64,000 bases of DNA from Hyphomicrobiaceae bacterium (GTDB taxonomy: Bacteria > Pseudomonadota > Alphaproteobacteria > Rhizobiales > Hyphomicrobiaceae): contig JBFWRV010000025.1 in NCBI GenBank assembly GCA_050248715.1, forward strand, positions 802 through 64,801, written 5' to 3'. Shown here piece by piece: positions 9,006 to 17,845 of the stretch (the first letter of the stretch is position 1; each line of letters starts with the position of its first letter). The notes under the pieces were generated by a model, which saw only the letters and a program-made list of their open reading frames with translations, made no database searches and was not told the origin of the DNA. Position numbers and translations under genes: made by a program.

Positions 9006-10550
9006 TCATCCGTTGCGATCGACGGCAGCGGCTCCGGCCGATGCCGCGACCGGCGCGCGCCGCGCGGCGCGCTTGTCCAAGGCCCACGTGAAGTGCGGCC
9101 AGAGCAGCAAGATGACGCCGAGCGTCATGATCGAGCCGACCAGCCAGTTCGACCAGAAGATCGCGAGGCTGCCCTGGGAGCCCAGCATGGCCTGCCGGAA
9201 AGCCTCCTCGGCCTTGTCACCCAGCACGATCGCCAGCACCAGGGGCGGCAGCGGATAGCCGAGCTTCTGGAATACATAGCCGATGACGCCGAAGCCCAGC
9301 ATCATCCATACGTCGAACATGGAGTTGTGCACGGTGTAGGCGCCGACCGCGCAGATGACGAGGATGATCGGCGCGATGATCGAAAACGGCACGCGCAGGA
9401 TCGCGGCGAACAGCGGCACGCAGGTGAGCACCACGAACAGCCCGGCGATGTTGCCGAGGTACATGGAGGCGATCAGTCCCCAGACGAAGTCCTTCTGCTC
9501 GACGAACAGCATGGGGCCGGGCTGCAGGCCCCAGATCATGAGGCCGCCGAGCAGCACGGCCGCCGTCGGCGAGCCGGGGATGCCGAGCGTCAGCATGGGC
9601 AGCAGGGCGCTGGTGCCGGCGGCGTGGGCCGCCGTCTCGGGCGCGACCACGCCCTCGATCTCGCCCTTGCCGAAGTTGTCGCCGCGCCTGGAGAAGCGCT
9701 TGGCGAGGCCGTAGCTCATGAAGGAGGCCGGCGTGGCGCCGCCGGGTGTGATGCCCATCCAGCAGCCGATGATGCAGCTGCGGATCGAGGTCACCCAGTA
9801 ATTCAACAGCTGCTTCCAGGTCTGCAGGACGGCGTTGAGTCGGATCTTGGCGCTGTTGCCGGAAAACTTGAGGCCGCTTTCCATCGACGCCAGAATCTCG
9901 CCGATGCCGAACAGGCCGATCACGGCAATCAGGAAGTCGAAGCCGACCAGCAGCTGGTCGTAGCCGAACGTCATCCTGAGCGTGCCTGTCATCTTGTCGA
10001 GCCCGACGGACGCGAGGGCGAACCCCAGGCACATGGAAGCCAGCACCTTGAACGGCGAGCCGCGGCCCATGCCGACGAAGCTTGCGAACGTCAGGAAGAA
10101 CACGGAGAAGAATTCGGCGGGCCCGAACTGCAGGGCGAACTTGGCGATCAGGGGCGCCAGGAAGGTGATCAGAATCACCGCCACCAGGGCACCGACGAAC
10201 GAGGAGGTGAAGGCCGCCGTCAGCGCCTCGTCGGCGCGGCCCTTCTGCGCCATGGGGTGGCCGTCGAAGGTGGTGGCAACCGACCACGGCTCGCCCGGTA
10301 TGTTGAACAGAATTGAGGTGATGGCGCCGCCGAACAATGCGCCCCAGTAGATGCAGGAAAGCATGATGATGGCGGAAGTCGGCGGCATGGTGAACGTGAG
10401 CGGCAGCAGGATCGCCACTCCGTTGGCCCCGCCAAGGCCCGGCAGAACGCCGATGATGACGCCGAGCAGAATGCCGACCATCATCAAGGCCAGGTTGTAC
10501 CAGGACAGCGCGACTTTGAAGCCGCCGATCAGCGAGCCAATTTCTTCCAC
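9006..10550 (-). CDS. tctA: Tripartite tricarboxylate transporter large permease
   Basis: 514-aa polytopic protein with TctA-type motifs (GVLPGLGGANGVAILLP, GIPGSPTAAVLLG). GTG start. Confidence 0.9.
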   Translation of the reverse strand: MEEIGSLIGGFKVALSWYNLALMMVGILLGVIIGVLPGLGGANGVAILLPLTFTMPPTSAIIMLSCIYWGALFGGAITSILFNIPGEPWSVATTFDGHPMAQKGRADEALTAAFTSSFVGALVAVILITFLAPLIAKFALQFGPAEFFSVFFLTFASFVGMGRGSPFKVLASMCLGFALASVGLDKMTGTLRMTFGYDQLLVGFDFLIAVIGLFGIGEILASMESGLKFSGNSAKIRLNAVLQTWKQLLNYWVTSIRSCIIGCWMGITPGGATPASFMSYGLAKRFSRRGDNFGKGEIEGVVAPETAAHAAGTSALLPMLTLGIPGSPTAAVLLGGLMIWGLQPGPMLFVEQKDFVWGLIASMYLGNIAGLFVVLTCVPLFAAILRVPFSIIAPIILVICAVGAYTVHNSMFDVWMMLGFGVIGYVFQKLGYPLPPLVLAIVLGDKAEEAFRQAMLGSQGSLAIFWSNWLVGSIMTLGVILLLWPHFTWALDKRAARRAPVAASAGAAAVDRNG

Positions 10551-10638
10551 GGAGCCCCCTCTGGCCTACGAAGCGTTTCCTCGCGCGGTGGTGGGACCTA
10601 TGACCCGCAGCCTGTGTCCGGCTGTCGCCCCGCATTCT

Positions 10639-10648
10639 TGGTATACCA
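10639..10648. promoter_or_regulatory. Candidate GntR-family operator, perfect palindrome TGGTATACCA (site 1)
   Basis: Lies 89 nt upstream of the tctA start in an AT-richer spacer. An identical 10-mer is at 10779. Confidence 0.5.
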
Positions 10649-10778
10649 TGTGCCAATTGTGAGATCAGCGCAATACGTCACTTTCCTCAGATTCGTAGTA
10701 TGTGCAATTTTCGCTTCTGTCGACTCTCAGGAGGGGGAGTATAAATTTCGCCGGAATGTCTTGCCCAACTCTGGCGTA

Positions 10779-10788
10779 TGGTATACCA
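10779..10788. promoter_or_regulatory. Candidate GntR-family operator, perfect palindrome TGGTATACCA (site 2)
   Basis: Ends 24 nt upstream of the ATG of the GntR gene and fits the GT-N-AC core of GntR/FadR operators. Confidence 0.5.
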
Positions 10789-10812
10789 GAATCCAGGTTC
10801 AGCCGTAACGCG

Positions 10813-11520
10813 ATGTATGAGGCGCACGTGGCCGACGCCGATACACAGCTCAAGATTGCGCCGATCGGTGAGGGCCTGAGTCTCAAGGCACGTGCCTACG
10901 AGGCGCTCAAGACGGCCATCCTGAACATGAACATCTACGCCGACGATGCCCAGCTGCGTCTCGACGAGCGCGACCTTTCCCAGCGCTTCGGCGTCAGCCG
11001 GACACCGCTACGCGAGGCGCTTGCCCAGCTCGATCAGGAAGGACTGGTCAGGATTGTCGCGCGGCGCGGCATCTTCATCGTGCGCAAGACCAAGGCCGAG
11101 ATCCTGGACATGATCACGGTTTGGGCGGCGCTGGAGAGCATGGCGGCAAGGCTCGCGACCGAGCACGCGGACGCCGGCGAGATCGCCCGCCTGCACGCCC
11201 TGGTCGACCAGTTCTCGCAAGACGAGGTCGCCCGCAACATGGGCGAGTACTCCGAGGCCAACATCAAATTCCATCAGGCGATCATCGGTCTCGGCAAATG
11301 CCCGCTGATTGTGGAGATCAGCAACGGGCTCTTCTTCCACATGCGCGCTATCCGACAGCGGACCATCTTCGAGCAGGATCGGGCCCGGCGCTCGATCGTC
11401 GATCACAAGGAGATCGTGAGCGCGCTCGAAGCGCGAGACACCGAGCGGGCGGAGCGCCTCGTGCGCGAGCACACGCTGCGTCTGCGCGAGCACGTCGAGC
11501 GCTACGTGGAAATCGACTAG
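10813..11520 (+). CDS. GntR family transcriptional regulator (FadR/FCD subfamily)
   Basis: N-terminal wHTH (LDERDLSQRFGVSRTPLREALAQLDQEGLVRIVARRGIFIV) plus a C-terminal FCD-type helical domain. Confidence 0.85.
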   Translation: MYEAHVADADTQLKIAPIGEGLSLKARAYEALKTAILNMNIYADDAQLRLDERDLSQRFGVSRTPLREALAQLDQEGLVRIVARRGIFIVRKTKAEILDMITVWAALESMAARLATEHADAGEIARLHALVDQFSQDEVARNMGEYSEANIKFHQAIIGLGKCPLIVEISNGLFFHMRAIRQRTIFEQDRARRSIVDHKEIVSALEARDTERAERLVREHTLRLREHVERYVEID

Positions 11521-11665
11521 TCGGGGCAGAGGGCGAGCCGCATTTTCGGGAGCGAGGACGGTCAAGCCATGGCACCGGATTCGGCAGAAAAATCAGTGGT
11601 CAGAGATCCTTAGCGCGAGACAGGGCGCTAGCGTCCACACAGTGAAATTTGAGTGAGGGAGTGAA

Positions 11666-13402
11666 ATGTCGGCAACAGCACAAAGTATCGGCCCAAGCGC
11701 AACCGCAGGAGAGCGGGAGCTGACAGACGGGTTCCACCTCATCATCGATGCACTCAAGCTTAACGGCCTTACGACGATCTACGGAGTGCCGGGCATTCCG
11801 ATCACGGACTTCGGCCGCATGGCGCAGGCAGCGGGCATCCGTGTGCTCTCGTTCCGCCATGAGCAGAATGCCGGCTACGCCGCCTCGATCGCAGGTTTCC
11901 TGACGAAGAAGCCGGGCATCTGCCTCACGGTGTCTGCACCAGGCTTCCTCAACGGCTTGACCGCGCTGGCTCACGCCACCACGAACTGCTTCCCGATGAT
12001 CCTGATCTCCGGTTCGTCCGAGCGCGAGATCGTGGACTTGCAGCAGGGCGACTACGAGGAGATGGACCAGCTCGCCGTCGCCAAGCCGCTGTGCAAGGCC
12101 GCCTTCCGCGTGCTGCATGCGCAGGACATCGGCATCGGTCTGGCGCGCGCCATCCGGGCGGCGGTGTCAGGCCGGCCGGGCGGCGTCTATCTCGACCTGC
12201 CGGCCAAGCTGTTCGGCCAGGTGATGGACGCGGAGGCCGGCAGGAAGTCGCTCGTGAAGGTGATCGATGCGGCGCCCGCGCAAATCCCGGCACCCGATGC
12301 GGTGAAGCGCGCGCTCGATGTGCTCAAGGGCGCGCGGCGTCCCCTGATCATCCTCGGCAAGGGCGCGGCCTACGCGCAGGCCGACGGGGCCATACGCAGC
12401 CTGGTCGAGAAGAGCGGCATTCCCTTCTTGCCCATGAGCATGGGCAAAGGCCTGCTCCCCGACACGCATCCGCTCTGTGCCGGCGCGGCACGCTCCACCG
12501 TGCTGAGGGACAGCGACGTCGTCATGCTGATCGGGGCGCGCCTCAACTGGTTGCTCTCGCACGGCAAGGGCAAGAGCTGGGGCAGCGCCCCGAAGAAGTT
12601 CATCCAGATCGATATCGAGCCGAAGGAGATGGATTCCAACGTCGAGATCGCCGCGCCGGTCGTGGGCGACATCGGCTCCTGCGCGGGCGCGCTGCTCTCC
12701 GCCATGGGCGACAAGTGGCCGGCGGCCCCCGCCGACTGGGTCGGGGCGGTGGCCAGCAAGCGCGAGGAGAACGTGGCGAAGATGGCGCCGCGGCTGATGA
12801 ACAACAACTCGCCGATGGACTATCACGGCGCGCTCGGTGTCCTGCGCAGCGTCATCAAGGAGCGGCCCGATGCCATCCTGGTGAACGAGGGCGCCAACAC
12901 GCTCGATCTCGCGCGCGGCATCATCGACGTCTACCAGCCGAGGAAGCGCATCGACGTCGGCACCTGGGGCATCATGGGCATCGGCATGGGCTACGCCATC
13001 GCCGCCGCGGTGGAGACCGGAAAGCCGGTGCTCGCGGTGGAGGGCGACAGCGCCTTCGGCTTTTCCGGCATGGAGATCGAGACCATCTGCCGGTACAAAC
13101 TCCCCGTTTGCGTCGTCGTCTTCAACAACGACGGCATCTATCGCGGCACCGACGTCAACACGGCGAGCTCTGATCCGGCGACGACGGTGTTCGTCAAGGG
13201 GGCTCGCTACGACAGGATCATCGAAGCCTTCGGCGGGATCGGGGTCAATGCAACGTCCCCCGACGAGCTGCGGCGCGCGGTGAATCAGGCCATGGAGTCG
13301 GGCAAGCCGACTCTGATCAACGCCGTCATCGATCCGGCGGCCGGCAGCGAAAGCGGCCGCATCGGCAATCTCAATCCGCAAAGCGCGCTGAAGAAGAAAT
13401 AG
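11666..13402 (+). CDS. oxc: Oxalyl-CoA decarboxylase (ThDP-dependent)
   Basis: Colinear with the Oxalobacter Oxc as I recall it: [97 protein letters not shown]. Confidence 0.93.
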   Translation: MSATAQSIGPSATAGERELTDGFHLIIDALKLNGLTTIYGVPGIPITDFGRMAQAAGIRVLSFRHEQNAGYAASIAGFLTKKPGICLTVSAPGFLNGLTALAHATTNCFPMILISGSSEREIVDLQQGDYEEMDQLAVAKPLCKAAFRVLHAQDIGIGLARAIRAAVSGRPGGVYLDLPAKLFGQVMDAEAGRKSLVKVIDAAPAQIPAPDAVKRALDVLKGARRPLIILGKGAAYAQADGAIRSLVEKSGIPFLPMSMGKGLLPDTHPLCAGAARSTVLRDSDVVMLIGARLNWLLSHGKGKSWGSAPKKFIQIDIEPKEMDSNVEIAAPVVGDIGSCAGALLSAMGDKWPAAPADWVGAVASKREENVAKMAPRLMNNNSPMDYHGALGVLRSVIKERPDAILVNEGANTLDLARGIIDVYQPRKRIDVGTWGIMGIGMGYAIAAAVETGKPVLAVEGDSAFGFSGMEIETICRYKLPVCVVVFNNDGIYRGTDVNTASSDPATTVFVKGARYDRIIEAFGGIGVNATSPDELRRAVNQAMESGKPTLINAVIDPAAGSESGRIGNLNPQSALKKK

Positions 13403-13412
13403 GGAGCGAGCA

Positions 13413-14684
13413 ATGAAAGCCCTGGAAGGCGTCAAGATCCTGGACTTCACGCACGTGCAGTCGGGACCGACGTGCACGCAGCTGCTGGCCTGGTTCGGCG
13501 CCGACGTGATCAAGGTGGAGCGGCCCGGCGTCGGCGATATCACGCGCGGCCAGCTGCAGGACGTGAAAGGCGCGGATTCGCTCTACTTCACGATGCTGAA
13601 CCACAACAAGCGCTCCATCACCATCGACAGCAAGAACAAGAAGGGGATGGAAATCCTGGAGCGCCTGGTGAAGACGTGCGACGTGCTGGTGGAAAACTTC
13701 GCGCCGGGTGCGCTCGATCGCATGGGGCTGACGTGGGAGCGCATCCAGCAGCTCAACCCGCGCATGATCTACGCGTCCGTGAAGGGTTTCGGCCCAGGCC
13801 CCTACGAGGACTGCAAGGTCTATGAGAACGTGGCGCAGTGTACGGGCGGCGCTGCATCCACCACGGGTTTCCGCGACGGTCCGCCGCTCGTTACCGGCGC
13901 CCAGATCGGAGACAGCGGCACGGGTTTGCACCTGGCGCTCGGCATCGTCACGGCGCTCTATCACCGCACCATGAGCGGCAAGGGTCAGCGCGTGAGCTGC
14001 GCCATGCAGGACGGCGTGCTCAATCTCGCGCGCGTCAAGATGCGCGACCAGCAGCGCCTCGCGCACGGGCCGCTCACCGAGTACAGCCAGTACGGGGAGG
14101 GCATCCCCTTCGGCAAGGCCGTGCCGCGCGCCGGCAACGATTCAGGCGGCGGCCAGCCCGGGCGCATCCTCAAGTGCAAGGGCTGGGAGAGCGATCCCGA
14201 CGCCTACATCTACTTCATCACCCAGGCGCCCGTATGGGAGGCGATCTGCGACGTGATCGGCGAGCCCGGCTGGAAGACGCATCCCGACTACGCCAAGCCG
14301 CCCGCGCGCCTGCCGAGGCTCAACGAGATCTTCGCCCGCATCGAGCAGTGGACTATGACCAAGGACAAGTTCGAGGCCATGGAGATCCTCAACAAGTACG
14401 ACATCCCCTGCGGGCCGATCCTGTCGATGAAGGAGCTCAGCGAGGACAAGTCGCTGCTTGCCACCGGCACGATGGTGGAGGTGGACCATCCCACGCGCGG
14501 CAAGTATCTGTCGGTCGGCAATCCCATCAAGCTGTCGGCCTCGGCGTCGGACGTGAAGCGCTCTCCGCTGCTCGGCGAGCACACCGACGAGGTACTGCGC
14601 GAGCTCGGATATTCAGCCGACGAGATCGCGGGCCTGGCGTCAGCCGGCGCGACCGCCGTGGTCAAGAAGCAGGCGGCGGAGTAA
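13413..14684 (+). CDS. frc: Formyl-CoA:oxalate CoA-transferase
   Basis: [77 protein letters not shown]. There is a 10-nt gap after oxc. Confidence 0.93.
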   Translation: MKALEGVKILDFTHVQSGPTCTQLLAWFGADVIKVERPGVGDITRGQLQDVKGADSLYFTMLNHNKRSITIDSKNKKGMEILERLVKTCDVLVENFAPGALDRMGLTWERIQQLNPRMIYASVKGFGPGPYEDCKVYENVAQCTGGAASTTGFRDGPPLVTGAQIGDSGTGLHLALGIVTALYHRTMSGKGQRVSCAMQDGVLNLARVKMRDQQRLAHGPLTEYSQYGEGIPFGKAVPRAGNDSGGGQPGRILKCKGWESDPDAYIYFITQAPVWEAICDVIGEPGWKTHPDYAKPPARLPRLNEIFARIEQWTMTKDKFEAMEILNKYDIPCGPILSMKELSEDKSLLATGTMVEVDHPTRGKYLSVGNPIKLSASASDVKRSPLLGEHTDEVLRELGYSADEIAGLASAGATAVVKKQAAE

Positions 14685-14696
14685 TCAGCTGGCGTG

Positions 14697-14812
14697 GACC
14701 CCGCCTTCGCGGGGTGACGTCGTGCTTGCGCAGACACGCGTCCACCCAAGGTGGAGTAGGGGATTGCAATGAGCTGACGTGTATCCCCGCCCTCGCGGGG
14801 GATGACGTCGGT
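14697..14812. repeat. Two hairpin repeats, family E (CCCCGCCxTCGCGGGG-(A)TGACGTCG)
   Basis: Copies at 14699-14722 and 14783-14810 inside the frc/formyltransferase spacer. A related hairpin is at 38306. Confidence 0.7.
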
Positions 14813-14839
14813 GCCAGGGATGGGTTTGGAGTGAGAGAC

Positions 14840-15769
14840 ATGCGTATCGTGGTGCACGGCCAGCAGGCGTTCGGTAAGGCGGTGCTGGAGGCGCTGCTCA
14901 AGCGCGGCGAGAATGTCGTCGCCGTCTACGTGGCGCCGGAGAAGCCCGGCGCGAAGGCCGATCCGCTGAAGGAGGCGGCGTTGGCAGCCAAATTGCCGGT
15001 CTACCAGCCGGCATCCTATCGCAAGCCCGAGGTGTGGGCCGAGTTCAAGGCGCTCAAGCCCGACCTGCAGGTGATGGCCTTCGTCACGCTGTTCGTGCCG
15101 GAGGAGTTCCTCAACATCCCCGCCCACGGCTCGATCCAGTATCACCCCTCGCTGCTGCCGGCCTATCGCGGCGCCAGCGCCATCAACTGGCCGATCATCA
15201 AGGGCGAAAAGGAAACCGGACTGTCGATCTTCTGGCCCGACAACGGCCTCGATACCGGCGACGTGCTCGTGCAGAAGAAGACGCCCATCTCCGACACGGA
15301 CACGCTGGGCACCGTCTACTTCGATCGCCTGTTCCCAATGGGTGTGGAGGCGATGCTGGAATCGGTCGACCTGGTGAAGGCCGGCAAGGCGCCGCGCATC
15401 AAGCAGGACGAGTCCAAGGCCACCTACGAGGGCCGCTGCGGCCCCGAGAATGCCAGGATCGACTGGGGCAAGCCGTGGGAGCAGATCGACCGGTTGATCC
15501 GCGGCTGCAATCCCGCGCCCGGTGCCTGGACGACGCTCGAGGGCAAGCAGCTCAAGATATTCGACGTGAAGCCACTGCCGGCGAAGGACCCCAAGGGCAT
15601 CGGCGGCAAGCTCGGCGAGATCGTCGCGGTGGAGGCTGACGGCTTCACGGTCGTCTGCGCTGACGGCCGCTTCAAAATCTCCCGCGTGCAACCCGCCGAC
15701 GGCAAGAAGATCGAGGCCGGCGAGTGGGCGAAGTCGGCGAGCCTCGCCGTCGGCGCGCGCTTCGGCTGA
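14840..15769 (+). CDS. Stand-alone formyltransferase-fold protein resembling the N-terminal hydrolase domain of 10-formyl-THF dehydrogenase
   Basis: [50 protein letters not shown] and [39 protein letters not shown]. The ATG at 14840 is the first sensible start; the upstream part of the 643-aa ORF is an out-of-frame readthrough of frc. Confidence 0.85.
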   Translation: [309 protein letters not shown]

Positions 15770-15856
15770 CGCCCACGTCTTCCAATTCACTACGAGAGCC
15801 GAGCGGCCCCAGCCGCTGGTACGCTGAAGTTCAACCGCAACAATCGGATAGTCGTC

Positions 15857-17554
15857 ATGCCCGCCTCGCAGCATCAACAGCCGAAATCCGACATCGAGAT
15901 TGCCCAGGCCGCCAGGATGCGGCCGATCGTGGACATCGCGCGCGAGAAGCTCGGCATCGCCGCGGAGAACCTGCAGCCCTACGGCCACTACAAGGCCAAG
16001 GTGTCCATGGACTACGTCAAATCGCTCAAGGGCAAGAAGGACGGCAAGCTGATCCTGGTGACGGCGATCTCGCCGACCCCGGCCGGCGAAGGCAAGACCA
16101 CGACGACGGTGGGCCTCACGGACGCGCTCAACGTCATCGGCAAGAAGGCGATGATGTGCCTGCGCGAGCCCTCGCTCGGGCCCTGCTTCGGCGTAAAGGG
16201 CGGCGCGGCGGGCGGCGGCTATGCCCAGGTCGTGCCGATGGAGGACATCAACCTCCACTTCACCGGCGACTTCCATGCCATTACCTCCGCGCACAACCTG
16301 CTCGCGGCGCTGGTGGACAATCACATCTACTGGGGCAATGCGCTGGGGCTCGACTCCCGCCGCGTTGCCTGGCGGCGCGTGATGGACATGAACGACCGCG
16401 CGCTGCGCGAGATCGTGTGCTCGCTTGGCGGCGTCGCCAACGGCTATCCGCGCGAAGCGGGCTTCGACATCACGGTGGCCTCCGAGGTGATGGCGATCTT
16501 CTGCCTCGCCCGGGATCTCGAGGATCTCAAGACGCGGCTCGGCAACATCATCGTCGGCTACACGCGTGACCGCAAACCCGTGCGTGCGAAGGAGCTCAAC
16601 GCGCATGGCGCCATGACGGCGCTGCTGAAGGATGCGATTGCGCCGAACCTCGTGCAGACGCTGGAAGGCACGCCCGCGTTCATTCACGGCGGCCCCTTCG
16701 CCAACATCGCGCATGGCTGCAACTCGGTGTCCGCCACCGCGACGGCGCTGAAGCTTGCCGACTATGTGGTCACGGAGGCCGGCTTCGGCGCCGACCTCGG
16801 CGCGGAGAAATTCCTGGACATCAAGTGCCGCAAGGCCGGCCTCAAGCCCGACTGTGTCGTCGTCGTCGCCACCATCCGCGCGCTCAAAATGCACGGCGGC
16901 GTCAAGAAGGAGGACTTGAAGAAGGAGAACCTCAAGGCGCTGGAAGCGGGCATGTCCAACCTGCAGCGCCACATCGAGAACATCAAGAAGTTCGGCCTGC
17001 CCGCGGTCGTGTCGATCAACCGCTTCTCGGCCGACACGGATGCCGAGATCGCGCTGGTGAAGGAGAGGTGCAAGTCGCTGGGCGTGGAGGCGCTGATGGC
17101 CGATCACTGGGCCATGGGCGGGGAGGGCGCGGCGGATGTTGCGCGCGCGGTCGTCAAGGTGATCGACGAGGGCAAGGCCAATCTGAAGCTGCTCTATGCC
17201 GACGACATGCCGCTGTTCGACAAGGTGCGCACGATCGCCAAGGAGATCTACCGCGCCGACGATGCCACGGCCGACAAGTCGGTGAAGGACCAGCTCAAGG
17301 CGTGGGAGGACATGGGCTTCGGCGAGCTGCCGGTCTGCATCGCCAAGACGCAGTATTCCTTCTCGACCAATCCCGATGCAAAGGGGGCGCCCACGGGCTT
17401 CAACATCCCGGTGCGGGAGGTGCGCCTGTCCGCGGGGGCGGAGTTCATCGTCGCGATCTGCGGTGAGATCATGACCATGCCCGGCCTGCCCAAGGTGCCG
17501 TCCGCCGATTCGATCGACGTCAACGCCGAAGGCAAGATCGTCGGGCTGTTCTGA
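15857..17554 (+). CDS. fhs: Formate--tetrahydrofolate ligase
   Basis: 565 aa with [19 protein letters not shown]-loop, [15 protein letters not shown] and [18 protein letters not shown]. Confidence 0.93.
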   Translation: MPASQHQQPKSDIEIAQAARMRPIVDIAREKLGIAAENLQPYGHYKAKVSMDYVKSLKGKKDGKLILVTAISPTPAGEGKTTTTVGLTDALNVIGKKAMMCLREPSLGPCFGVKGGAAGGGYAQVVPMEDINLHFTGDFHAITSAHNLLAALVDNHIYWGNALGLDSRRVAWRRVMDMNDRALREIVCSLGGVANGYPREAGFDITVASEVMAIFCLARDLEDLKTRLGNIIVGYTRDRKPVRAKELNAHGAMTALLKDAIAPNLVQTLEGTPAFIHGGPFANIAHGCNSVSATATALKLADYVVTEAGFGADLGAEKFLDIKCRKAGLKPDCVVVVATIRALKMHGGVKKEDLKKENLKALEAGMSNLQRHIENIKKFGLPAVVSINRFSADTDAEIALVKERCKSLGVEALMADHWAMGGEGAADVARAVVKVIDEGKANLKLLYADDMPLFDKVRTIAKEIYRADDATADKSVKDQLKAWEDMGFGELPVCIAKTQYSFSTNPDAKGAPTGFNIPVREVRLSAGAEFIVAICGEIMTMPGLPKVPSADSIDVNAEGKIVGLF

Positions 17555-17560
17555 GCTGCT

Positions 17561-17670
17561 GTCATCCCGGACGCGCGCGGCGCGTATCCGGGACCCAGGG
17601 CAACGAGGAATGCGCGGCGTTTGTGGTCCCTGGGTTCCGGCTCTCGCGCTCCGCGCTCAGCCGGAATGAC
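17561..17670. repeat. REP/MITE-like element, family A
   Basis: GTCATCCCGG...GGGACCCAGGG...CCCTGGGTTCCGG...CCGGAATGAC. Confidence 0.8.
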
Positions 17671-17720
17671 AACCTGCATTGTGCGCGCGCGCTGTTGCGG
17701 GTTGTGCGTGGGCATCGCGC

Positions 17721-17805
17721 GTAGGGTGCAAAAGCGCAGCGCATTGCGCCGATCTGCCGGCGTTTCGGCGCAATGCGGCTTCGCCTTTTGCGCCCTCGGG
17801 CGTAA
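17721..17805. repeat. Palindromic repeat, family B (GTAGGGTGCAAAAGCGnAGCGCATTGCGCC / inverse)
   Basis: Two inverted arms. Single or double arms recur at 23418, 48903, 49999 and 52875. Confidence 0.75.
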
Positions 17806-17845
17806 GCAGGTTGCGGCGCGCCCGCAGCCATTCCATAAGAATCCC

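Noticed and set aside
10702-10812. Earlier GTG start for the GntR regulator
   Set aside because: It would add 37 residues with no homology ahead of the wHTH and would bury the second TGGTATACCA site inside coding sequence. The ATG at 10813 gives a normal-length N-terminus.
13838-14839. N-terminal 334 codons of the 643-aa ORF 13838-15769
   Set aside because: This part overlaps frc out of frame and passes through the hairpin repeats. Homology to formyltransferases starts only at MRIVVHGQ (14840).
14288-17107. 939-aa ORF on the minus strand spanning frc, the formyltransferase gene and fhs
   Set aside because: It is antisense to three genes with unmistakable, full-length homology. The translation is low-complexity and Arg/Gly/Asp/His-rich, as expected for the complementary frame of high-GC coding DNA. 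No motif is recognisable.
17621-17845. ATG-initiated N-terminal extension of recQ
   Set aside because: The extension is encoded entirely by family A and B repeat elements, so a downstream GTG is more plausible. The exact start remains uncertain.
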